64,000 nucleotides of DNA from Glaucostegus cemiculus. Lineage: Eukaryota. Positions 24,301-36,300 of this stretch are shown in pieces; position 1 is the first letter of the stretch; the number at the start of each line of letters is the position of its first letter. The stretch covers positions 2,356,001 to 2,420,000 of the forward strand of contig CDPCPM010000133.1 in the NCBI GenBank assembly GCA_976551045.1, written 5' to 3'. The notes beneath the pieces are model-generated. The model saw nothing but the letters and a program-made list of their open reading frames with translations. It did no database searches and was not told the origin of the DNA. The position numbers were made by a program, and so were the translations under genes.

Positions 24301-27300
24301 AACAGTCACTGATGAAACCTCTGTTGTGCTTGGATAGGTTTGTGTTGAAAGTGTTGTTCTTGGTGATTCCTGGGTTTTTGTAGGAGTTTCAGGAGAGGAC
24401 CTAGTGATTGTAGATGCTTCTGTTGATGGATGTTTTTCTGATGAAGACGCGGTAATCGAAGATACTTCTGTTGTCAGATGGCTTTCTGATGATGATTCAG
24501 TTGTCGATGAAACTATCGATGATGTGGAGTATGTTTGTGTTGAAGACTCGAATACCGGCGTTGAAGTGGCTGCTGTTGAATGTGATTCTGATGGGGTTTC
24601 AGTCGTCTCTGAGGTCTGTGTTGTTAAGTGCGTTTCTGATGGCAACGTGGTTTCTGCGGTGGCTTGCGTTGACTTTGGATGTGCCGAGGTTAAAGGTTCC
24701 TGGGTAGTCGTTGCAGTTGAGGAGACGGTGGTTGATGAATCTGTTGTTGTTGGGTGTGATACGGATGAATGTTCGGTGGTTGGTGTGACTTGCGTTGATT
24801 CAGAGAAGACTGCCGCTGAGCGCTCAGTTACCAAAGGTGATGTTGTTGCTGTTACATGGCTTTCTGACGGGGATACACTTTGTGAGGAAATTTGAGTTGT
24901 GCTTGGATAGGTTTGTGTTGACTGTTCTGTTCTTGATGATTCATGTGTTGTTGGATGTGTTTCTGAAGGCGACGTTGTGGTCGTAGATATCTGCGATATT
25001 GGATGGGTTTGTGATGAAGGTTCAGTTGTCACGGAAGCTTCTGTTGTTGGATGTGTTTGTGAGGAGGACACGGTAATCGTAGATACTTCTGCTGTCGGAT
25101 GGCTTTCTGATGATGATGATTCAATTTTTGACGAAACTGCCGTTGATGTGGAGTATTTTTGTGTTGAGGACTCAGTCACCAGGGATCGAGTTGCTGTTGA
25201 TAAATGTGTTTCTGACGGCGACATAGTTTCGGACGAGGCTGCTTTTGTATTTGTGTGGGTTTGTGTTGGCAATTCTGTACTTGGTGATTCCTGCGATGTT
25301 GGCTGTGTTTCTGCTGAGGCCGGTGTTGTTGATGATGCTTGTCTTCTTTTGGGTGTTTGTGATGAATTTTGTGTTGTGGCTGTTTCTTCTGTTTTGCTCG
25401 GATATGTTGCTGATGGTGTCTCAATTACTGCTGAGGTTGGTGTTGCTGAATGTGTTTCTGATGGCAATATCTCTTCAGTGGAGGCCTTTGTTGTCTTTGG
25501 ATGTGCCGAGGTAGAAAGTTCCTGGGTGCGATGTGATTCAGTTGAGGAAACGGTGGTTGATGACTCTTCTGTTGTTGGATGTGATTCAGATGAAGACTCG
25601 GTGGTAGGTGTGACTTGCGTTGACTCAGAGTAGATTGACGCTGAGCTCTCAGTCACGAAAGGCAAAGTTGTTGCTGTTACATGTGTTTCTGATGGGGACA
25701 TACTTTCTGAGATAACTTTTGATGTGCTTGGATGGGTTTGTGTTGAGTGCTCTGTTCTTGCTGATTCATGTGTTGTGGGATGTGTTTCTGAGGAGGATGT
25801 TGTGGATGTAGACATCTCCGATTTTGGATGGGTTTGCGATGACGGTTCAGTTGCCACTGATGATTCTGTTGATGGTGAATTTGTTTCTGATGTCAGTCGA
25901 GTAATCAGTGAAAATGATGAGGAGGTGAGGTGCGATTCAGCTGGAGACACAGTTGCTGATGAAGCTTGTGTTGAGCTTTGATGGAGTTGCGTTGAATGTG
26001 CTGTACTGGATGATTCCAGTGTTGTTGGATGTGTTTCTGATGAAGGCTTGCTTGTTGATGATATGTGCAATGTTGGTTGATAGGTCTCTGCGGAGGACTG
26101 AGTTGCCACTGTTAATGGTGTTGTCGTTAAATGTATTTCTGATGGGGAAACAGTCACTGATGAAACCTCTGTTGTGCTTGGATAGGTTTGTGTTGAAAGT
26201 GTTGTTCTTGGTGATTCCTGGGTTTTTGTAGGAGTTTCAGGAGAGGACCTGGTGATTGTAGATGCTTCTGTTGATGGATGTGTTTCTGATGGAGACGCGG
26301 TAATCGAAGATACTTCTGTTGTCAGATGGCTTTCTGATGATGATTCAGTTGTCGATGAAACTATCGATGATGTGGAGTATGTTTGTGTTGAAGACTCGAA
26401 TACCGGCGTTGAAGTGGCTGCTGTTGAATGTGATTCTGATGGGGTTTCAGTCGTCTCTGAGGTCTGTGTTGTTAAGTGCGTTTCTGATGGCAACGTGGTT
26501 TCTGCGGTGGCTTGCGTTGACTTTGGATGTGCCGAGGTAAAAGGTTCCTGGGTAGCAGTTGCAGTTGAGGAGACGGTGGTTGATGACTCTGTTGTTGTTG
26601 GGTGTGATACGGATGAATGTTCGGTGGTAGGTGTGACTTGCGTTGATTCAGAGAAGACTGCCGCTGAGCGCTCAGTTACCAAAGGTGATGTTGTTGCTGT
26701 TACATGGCTTTCTGACGGGGATACACTTTGTGAGGAAATTTGTGTTGTGCTTGGATAGGTTTGTGTTGACTGTACTGTTCTTGATGATTCATGTGTTGTT
26801 GGATGTGTTTCTGAAGGCGACGTTGTGGTCGTAGATATCTCCGATATTGGATGGGTTTGTGATGAAGGTTCAGTTGTCACGGAAGCTTCTGTTGTTGGAT
26901 GTGTTTGTGAGGAGGACGCGGTAAACATAGATACTTCTGCTGTCGGATGGCTTTCTGATGATGATGATTCAATTTTTGACGAAACTGCCGTTGATGTGGA
27001 GTATTTTTGTGTTGAGGACTCAGTCACCAGGGATCGAGTTGCTGTTGATAAATGTGTTTCTGACGGCGACATAGTTTCGGACGAGGCTGCTTTTGTATTT
27101 GTGTGGGTTTGTGTTGGCAATTCTGTACTTGGTGATTCCTGCGATGTTGGCTGTGTTTCTGCTGAGGCCGGTGTTGTTGAGGATGCTTGTCTTCCTTTGG
27201 GTGTTGTGGCTGTCTCTTCTGTTTTGCTTGGATGTGTTGCTGATGGTGTCTCAGTTACTGCTGAGGTTGGTGTTGCTGAATGTGTTTCTGATGGCAATAT

Positions 27301-30300
27301 CTCTTCAGTGGAGGCCTTTGTTGTCTTTGGGTGTGCCGAGGTAGAAGGTTCCTGGGTGCGATGTGCTTCAGTTGAGGAAACGGTGGTTGATGACTCTTCT
27401 ATTGTTGGATGTGATTCAGATGAAGACTCGGTGGTAGGTGTGACTTGCGTTGACTCAGAATAGATTGACGCTGAGCTCTCAGTCACGAAAGGCAAAGTTG
27501 TTGCTGTTACATGTGTTTCTGATGGGGACACACTTTCTGAGATAATTTTTGATGTGCTTGGATGGGTTTGTGTTGAGTGCTTTGTTCTTGCTGATTCATG
27601 TGTTGTGGGATGTGTTTCTGAGGAGGACGTTGTGGATGTAGATATCTCCGATATTGGATGGGTTTGCGAGGACGGTTCAGTTGCCACTGATGATTCTGTT
27701 GATGGTGAATTTGTTTCTGATGTCAGTCGAGTAATCAGTGAAAATGATGAGGAGGTGAGGTGCGATTCAGCTGGAGACACAGTTGCTGATGAAGCTTGTG
27801 TTGAGCTTTGATGGAGTTGCGTTGAATGTGCTGTACTGGATGATTCCAGTGTTGTTGGATGTGTTTCTGATGAAGGCTTGCTTGTTGATGATATGTGCAA
27901 TGTTGGTTGATAGGTCTCTGCGGAGGACTGAGTTGCCACTGTTAATGGTGTTGTCGTTAAATGTATTTCTGATGGGGAAACAGTCACTGATGAAACCTCT
28001 GTTGTGCTTGGATAGGTTTGTGTTGAAAGTGTTGTTCTTGGTGATTCCTGGGTTTTTGTAGGAGTTTCAGGAGAGGACCTGGTGATTGTAGAAGCTTCTG
28101 TTGATGGATGTGTTTCTGATGAAGACGCGGTAATCGAAGATACTTCTGTTGTCAGATGGCTTTCTGATGATGATTCAGTTGTCGATGAAACTATCGATGA
28201 TGTGGAGTATGTTTGTGTTGAAGACTCGAACACTGGCGTTGAAGTGGCTGCTGTTGAATGTGATTCTGATGGGGTTTCAGTCGTCTCTAAGGTCTGTGTT
28301 GTTAAGTGCGTTTCTGATGGCAACGTGGTTTCTGCGGTGGCTTGAGTTGACTTTGGATGTGCCGAGGTAAAAGGTTCCTGGGTAGCAGTTGCAGTTGAGG
28401 AGACGGTGGTTGATGACTCTGTTGTTGTTGGGTGTGATACGGATGAATGTTCGGTGGTAGGTGTGACTTGCGTTGATTCAGAGAAGACTGCCGCTGAGTG
28501 CTCAGTTACCAAAGGTGATGTTGTTGCTGTTACATGGCTTTCTGACGGGGATACACTTTGTGAGGAAATTTGTGTTGTGCTTGGATAGGTTTGTGTTGAC
28601 TGTACTGTTCTTGATGATTCATGTGTTGTTGGACGTGTTTCTGAAGGCGACGTTGTGGTCGTAGATATCTCCGATATTGGATGGGTTTGTGATGAAGGTT
28701 CAGTTGTCACGGAAGCTTCTGTTGTTGGATGTGTTTGTGAGGAGGACGCGGTAATCGTAGATACTTCTGCTGTCGGATGGCTTTCTGATGATGATGATTC
28801 AATTTTTGACGAAACTGCCGTTGATGTGGAGTATTTTTGTGTTGAGGACTCAGTCACCAGGGATCGAGTTGCTGTTGATAAATGTGTTTCTGACGGCGAC
28901 ATAGTTTCGGACGAGGCTGCTTTTGTATTTGTGTGGGTTTGTGTTGGCAATTCTGTACTTGGTGATTCCTTCGATGTTGGCTGTGTTTCTGCTGAGGCCG
29001 GTGTTGTTGAGGATGCTTGTCTTCCTTTGGGTGTTGTGGCTGTCTCTTCTGTTTTGCTTGGATGTGTTGCTGATGGTGTCTCAGTTACTGCTGAGGTTGG
29101 TGTTGCTGAATGTGTTTCTGATGGCAATATCTCTTCAGTGGAGGCCTTTGTTGTCTTTGGGTGTGCCGAGGTAGAAGGTTCCTGGGTGCGATGTGCTTCA
29201 GTTGAGGAAACGGTGGTTGATGACTCTTCTATTGTTGGATGTGATTCAGATGAAGACTCGGTGGTAGGTGTGACTTGCGTTGACTCAGAATAGATTGACG
29301 CTGAGCTCTCAGTCACGAAAGGCAAAGTTGTTGCTGTTACATGTGTTTCTGATGGGGACACACTTTCTGAGATAATTTTTGATGTGCTTGGATGGGTTTG
29401 TGTTGAGTGCTTTGTTCTTGCTGATTCATGTGTTGTGGGATGTGTTTCTGAGGAGGACGTTGTGGATGTAGATATCTCCGATATTGGATGGGTTTGCGAG
29501 GACGGTTCAGTTGCCACTGATGATTCTGTTGATGGTGAATTTGTTTCTGATGTCAGTCGAGTAATCAGTGAAAATGATGAGGAGGTGAGGTGCGATTCAG
29601 CTGGAGACACAGTTGCTGATGAAGCTTGTGTTGAGCTTTGATGGAGTTGCGTTGAATGTGCTGTACTGGATGATTCCAGTGTTGTTGGATGTGTTTCTGA
29701 TGAAGGCTTGCTTGTTGATGATATGTGCAATGTTGGTTGATAGGTCTCTGCGGAGGACTGAGTTGCCACTGTTAATGGTGTTGTCGTTAAATGTATTTCT
29801 GATGGGGAAACAGTCACTGATGAAACCTCTGTTGTGCTTGGATAGGTTTGTGTTGAAAGTGTTGTTCTTGGTGATTCCTGGGTTTTTGTAGGAGTTTCAG
29901 GAGAGGACCTGGTGATTGTAGAAGCTTCTGTTGATGGATGTGTTTCTGATGAAGACGCGGTAATCGAAGATACTTCTGTTGTCAGATGGCTTTCTGATGA
30001 TGATTCAGTTGTCGATGAAACTATCGATGATGTGGAGTATGTTTGTGTTGAAGACTCGAACACTGGCGTTGAAGTGGCTGCTGTTGAATGTGATTCTGAT
30101 GGGGTTTCAGTCGTCTCTGAGGTCTGTGTTGTTAAGTGCGTTTCTGATGGCAACGTGGTTTCTGCGGTGGCTTGCGTTGACTTTGGATGTGCCGAGGTAA
30201 AAGGTTCCTGGGTAGCAGTTGCAGTTGAGGAGACGGTGGTTGATGACTCTGTTGTTGTTGGGTGTGATACGGATGAATGTTCGGTGGTAGGTGTGACTTG

Positions 30301-33300
30301 CGTTGATTCAGAGAAGACTGCCGCTGAGTGCTCAGTTACCAAAGGTGATGTTGTTGCTGTTACATGGCTTTCTGACGGGGATACACTTTGTGAGGAAATT
30401 TGTGTTGTGCTTGGATAGGTTTGTGTTGACTGTACTGTTCTTGATGATTCATGTGTTGTTGGACGTGTTTCTGAAGGCGACGTTGTGGTCGTAGATATCT
30501 CCGATATTGGATGGGTTTGTGATGAAGGTTCAGTTGTCACGGAAGCTTCTGTTGTTGGATGTGTTTGTGAGGAGGACGCGGTAATCGTAGATACTTCTGC
30601 TGTCGGATGGCTTTCTGATGATGATGATTCAATTTTTGACGAAACTGCCGTTGATGTGGAGTATTTTTGTGTTGAGGACTCAGTCACCAGGGATCGAGTT
30701 ACTGTTGATAAATGTGTTTCTGACGGCGACATAGTTTCGGACGAGGCTGCTTTTGTATTTGTGTGGGTTTGTGTTGGCAATTCTGTACTTGGTGATTCCT
30801 GCGATGTTGGCTGTGTTTCTGCTGAGGCCGGTGTTGTTGAGGATGCTTGTCTTCCTTTGGGTGTTGTGGCTGTCTCTTCTGTTTTGCTTGGATGTGTTGC
30901 TGATGGTGTCTCAGTTACTGCTGAGGTTGGTGTTGCTGAATGTGTTTCTGATGGCAATATCTCTTCAGTGGAGGCCTTTGTTGTCTTTGGGTGTGCCGAG
31001 GTAGAAGGTTCCTGGGTGCGATGTGCTTCAGTTGAGGAAACGGTGGTTGATGACTCTTCTATTGTTGGATGTGATTCAGATGAAGACTCGGTGGTAGGTG
31101 TGACTTGCGTTGACTCAGAATAGATTGACGCTGAGCTCTCAGTCACGAAAGGCAAAGTTGTTGCTGTTACATGTGTTTCTGATGGGGACACACTTTCTGA
31201 GATAATTTTTGATGTGCTTGGATGGGTTTGTGTTGAGTGCTTTGTTCTTGCTGATTCATGTGTTGTGGGATGTGTTTCTGAGGAGGACGTTGTGGATGTA
31301 GATATCTCCGATATTGGATGGGTTTGCGAGGACGGTTCAGTTGCCACTGATGATTCTGTTGATGGTGAATTTGTTTCTGATGTCAGTCGAGTAATCAGTG
31401 AAAATGATGAGGAGGTGAGGTGCGATTCAGCTGGAGACACAGTTGCTGATGAAGCTTGTGTTGAGCTTTGATGGAGTTGCGTTGAATGTGCTGTACTGGA
31501 TGATTCCAGTGTTGTTGGATGTGTTTCTGATGAAGGCTTGCTTGTTGATGATATGTGCAATGTTGGTTGATAGGTCTCTGCGGAGGACTGAGTTGCCACT
31601 GTTAATGGTGTTGTCGTTAAATGTATTTCTGATGGGGAAACAGTCACTGATGAAACCTCTGTTGTGCTTGGATAGGTTTGTGTTGAAAGTGTTGTTCTTG
31701 GTGATTCCTGGGTTTTTGAAGGAGTTTCAGGAGAGGACCTGGTGATTGTAGAAGCTTCTGTTGATGGATGTGTTTCTGATGAAGACGCAGTAATCGAAGA
31801 TACTTCTGTTGTCAGATGGCTTTCTGATGATGATTCAGTTGTCGATGAAACTATCGATGATGTGGAGTATGTTTGTGTTGAAGACTCGAACACTGGCGTT
31901 GAAGTGGCTGCTGTTGAATGTGATTCTGATGGGGTTTCAGTCGTCTCTGAGGTCTGTGTTGTTAAGTGCGTTTCTGATGGCAACGTGGTTTCTGCGGTGG
32001 CTTGCGTTGACTTTGGATGTGCCGAGGTAAAAGGTTCCTGGGTAGCAGTTGCAGTTGAGGAGACGGTGGTTGATGACTCTGTTGTTGTTGGGTGTGATAC
32101 GGATGAATGTTCGGTGGTAGGTGTGACTTGCGTTGATTCAGAGAAGACTGCCGCTGAGTGCTCAGTTACCAAAGGTGATGTTGTTGCTGTTACATGGCTT
32201 TCTGACGGGGATACACTTTGTGAGGAAATTTGTGTTGTGCTTGGATAGGTTTGTGTTGACTGTACTGTTCTTGATGATTCATGTGTTGTTGGACGTGTTT
32301 CTGAAGGCGACGTTGTGGTCGTAGATATCTCCGATATTGGATGGGTTTGTGATGAAGGTTCAGTTGTCACGGAAGCTTCTGTTGTTGGATGTGTTTGTGA
32401 GGAGGACGCGGTAATCGTAGATACTTCTGCTGTCGGATGGCTTTCTGATGATGATGATTCAATTTTTGACGAAACTGCCGTTGATGTGGAGTATTTTTGT
32501 GTTGAGGACTCAGTCACCAGGGATCGAGTTGCTGTTGATAAATGTGTTTCTGACGGCGACATAGTTTCGGACAAGGCTGCTTTTGTATTTGTGTGGGTTT
32601 GTGTTGGCAATTCTGTACTTGGTGATTCCTGCGATGTTGGCTGTGTTTCTGCTGAGGCCGGTGTTGTTGATGATGCTTGTCTTCTTTTGGGTGTTTGTGA
32701 TGAATTTTGTGTTGTGGCTGTTTCTTCTGTTTTGCTCGGATATGTTGCTGATGGTGTCTCAATTACTGCTGAGGTTGGTGTTGCTGAATGTGTTTCTGAT
32801 GGCAATATCTCTTCAGTGGAGGCCTTTGTTGTCTTTGGATGTGCCGAGGTAGAAGGTTCCTGGGTGCGATGTGATTCAGTTGAGGAAACGGTGGTTGATG
32901 ACTCTTCTGTTGTTGGATGTGATTCAGATGAAGACTCGGTGGTAGGTGTGACTTGCGTTGACTCAGAGTAGATTGACGCTGAGCTCTCAGTCACGAAAGG
33001 CAAAGTTGTTGCTGTTACATGTGTTTCTGATGGGGACATACTTTCTGAGATAACTTTTGATGTGCTTGGATGGGTTTGTGTTGAGTGCTCTGTTCTTGCT
33101 GATTCATGTGTTGTGGGATGTGTTTCTGAGGAGGATGTTGTGGATGTAGACATCTCCGATATTGGATGGGTTTGCGATGACGGTTCAGTTGCCACTGATG
33201 ATTCTGTTGATGGTGAATTTGTTTCTGATGTCAGTGGAGTAATCAGTGAAAATGATGAGGAGGTGAGGTGCGATTCAGCTGGAGACACAGTTGCTGATGA

Positions 33301-36300
33301 AGCTTGTGTTGAGCTTTGATGGAGTTGCGTTGAATGTTCTGTACTGGATGATTCCAGTGTTGTTGGATGTGTTTCTGATGAAGGCTTGCTTGTTGATGAT
33401 ATGTGCGTTGTTGGTTGATAGGTCTCTGCGGAGGACTGAGTTGCCACTGATAATGGTGTTGTCGTTAAATGTATTTCTGATGGGGAAACAGTCACTGATG
33501 AAACCTCTGTTGTGCTTGGATAGGTTTGTGTTGAAAGTGTTGTTCTTGGTGATTCCTGGGTTTTTGTAGGAGTTTCAGGAGAGGACCTGGTGATTGTAGA
33601 TGCTTCTGTTGATGGATGTGTTTCTGATGGAGACGCGGTAATCGAAGATACTTCTGTTGTCAGATGGCTTTCTGATGATGATTCAGTTGTCGATGAAACT
33701 ATCGATGATGTGGAGTATGTTTGTGTTGAAGACTCGAATACCGGCGTTGAAGTGGCTGCTGTTGAATGTGATTCTGATGGGGTTTCAGTCGTCTCTGAGG
33801 TCTGTGTTGTTAAGTGCGTTTCTGATGGCAACGTGGTTTCTGCGGTGGCTTGCGTTGACTTTGGATGTGCCGAGGTAAAAGGTTCCTGGGTAGCAGTTGC
33901 AGTTGAGGAGACGGTGGTTGATGACTCTGTTGTTGTTGGGTGTGATACGGATGAATGTTCGGTGGTAGGTGTGACTTGCGTTGATTCAGAGAAGACTGCC
34001 GCTGAGTGCTCAGTTACCAAAGGTGATGTTGTTGCTGTTACATGGCTTTCTGACGGGGATACACTTTGTGAGGAAATTTGTGTTGTGCTTGGATAGGTTT
34101 GTGTTGACTGTACTGTTCTTGATGATTCATGTGTTGTTGGATGTGTTTCTGAAGGCGACGTTGTGGTCGTAGATATCTCCGATATTGGATGGGTTTGTGA
34201 TGAAGGTTCAGTTGTCACGGAAGCTTCTGTTGTTGGATGTGTTTGTGAGGAGGACGCGGTAAACATAGATACTTCTGCTGTCGGATGGCTTTCTGATGAT
34301 GATGATTCAATTTTTGACGAAACTGCCGTTGATGTGGAGTATTTTTGTGTTGAGGACTCAGTCACCAGGGATCGAGTTGCTGTTGATAAATGTGTTTCTG
34401 ACGGCGACATAGTTTCGGACGAGGCTGCTTTTGTATTTGTGTGGGTTTGTGTTGGCAATTCTGTACTTGGTGATTCCTGCGATGTTGGCTGTGTTTCTGC
34501 TGAGGCCGGTGTTGTTGAGGATGCTTGTCTTCCTTTGGGTGTTGTGGCTGTCTCTTCTGTTTTGCTTGGATGTGTTGCTGATGGTGTCTCAGTTACTGCT
34601 GAGGTTGGTGTTGCTGAATGTGTTTCTGATGGCAATATCTCTTCAGTGGAGGCCTTTGTTGTCTTTGGGTGTGCCGAGGTAGAAGGTTCCTGGGTGCGAT
34701 GTGCTTCAGTTGAGGAAATGGTGGTTGATGACTCTTCTATTGTTGGATGTGATTCAGATGAAGACTCGGTGGTAGGTGTGACTTGCGTTGACTCAGAATA
34801 GATTGACGCTGAGCTCTCAGTCACGAAAGGCAAAGTTGTTGCTGTTACATGTGTTTCTGATGGGGACACACTTTCTGAGATAATTTTTGATGTGCTTGGA
34901 TGGGTTTGTGTTGAGTGCTTTGTTCTTGCTGATTCATGTGTTGTGGGATGTGTTTCTGAGGAGGACGTTGTGGATGTAGATATCTCCGATATTGGATGGG
35001 TTTGCGAGGACGGTTCAGTTGCCACTGATGATTCTGTTGATGGTGAATTTGTTTCTGATGTCAGTCGAGTAATCAGTGAAAATGATGAGGAGGTGAGGTG
35101 CGATTCAGCTGGAGACACAGTTGCTGATGAAGCTTGTGTTGAGCTTTGATGGAGTTGCGTTGAATGTGCTGTACTGGATGATTCCAGTGTTGTTGGATGT
35201 GTTTCTGATGAAGGCTTGCTTGTTGATGATATGTGCAATGTTGGTTGATAGGTCTCTGCGGAGGACTGAGTTGCCACTGTTAATGGTGTTGTCGTTAAAT
35301 GTATTTCTGATGGGGAAACAGTCACTGATGAAACCTCTGTTGTGCTTGGATAGGTTTGTGTTGAAAGTGTTGTTCTTGGTGATTCCTGGGTTTTTGTAGG
35401 AGTTTCAGGAGAGGACCTGGTGATTGTAGAAGCTTCTGTTGATGGATGTGTTTCTGATGAAGACGCGGTAATCGAAGATACTTCTGTTGTCAGATGGCTT
35501 TCTGATGATGATTCACTTGTCGATGAAACTATCGATAATGTGGAGTATGTTTGTGTTGAAGACTCGAACACTGGCGTTGAAGTGGCTGCTGTTGAATGTG
35601 ATTCTGATGGGGTTTCAGTCGTCTCTGAGGTCTGTGTTGTTAAGTGCGTTTCTGATGGCAACGTGGTTTCTGCGGTGGCTTGCGTTGACTTTGGATGTGC
35701 CGAGGTAAAAGGTTCCTGGGTAGCAGTTGCAGTTGAGGAGACGGTGGTTGATGACTCTGTTGTTGTTGGGTGTGATACGGATGAATGTTCGGTGGTAGGT
35801 GTGACTTGCGTTGATTCAGAGAAGACTGCCGCTGAGTGCTCAGTTACCAAAGGTGATGTTGTTGCTGTTACATGGCTTTCTGACGGGGATACACTTTGTG
35901 AGGAAATTTGTGTTGTGCTTGGATAGGTTTGTGTTGACTGTACTGTTCTTGATGATTCATGTGTTGTTGGACGTGTTTCTGAAGGCGACGTTGTGGTCGT
36001 AGATATCTCCGATATTGGATGGGTTTGTGATGAAGGTTCAGTTGTCACGGAAGCTTCTGTTGTTGGATGTGTTTGTGAGGAGGACGCGGTAATCGTAGAT
36101 ACTTCTGCTGTCGGATGGCTTTCTGATGATGATGATTCAATTTTTGACGAAACTGCCGTTGATGTGGAGTATTTTTGTGTTGAGGACTCAGTCACCAGGG
36201 ATCGAGTTGCTGTTGATAAATGTGTTTCTGACGGCGACATAGTTTCGGACAAGGCTGCTTTTGTATTTGTGTGGGTTTGTGTTGGCAATTCTGTACTTGG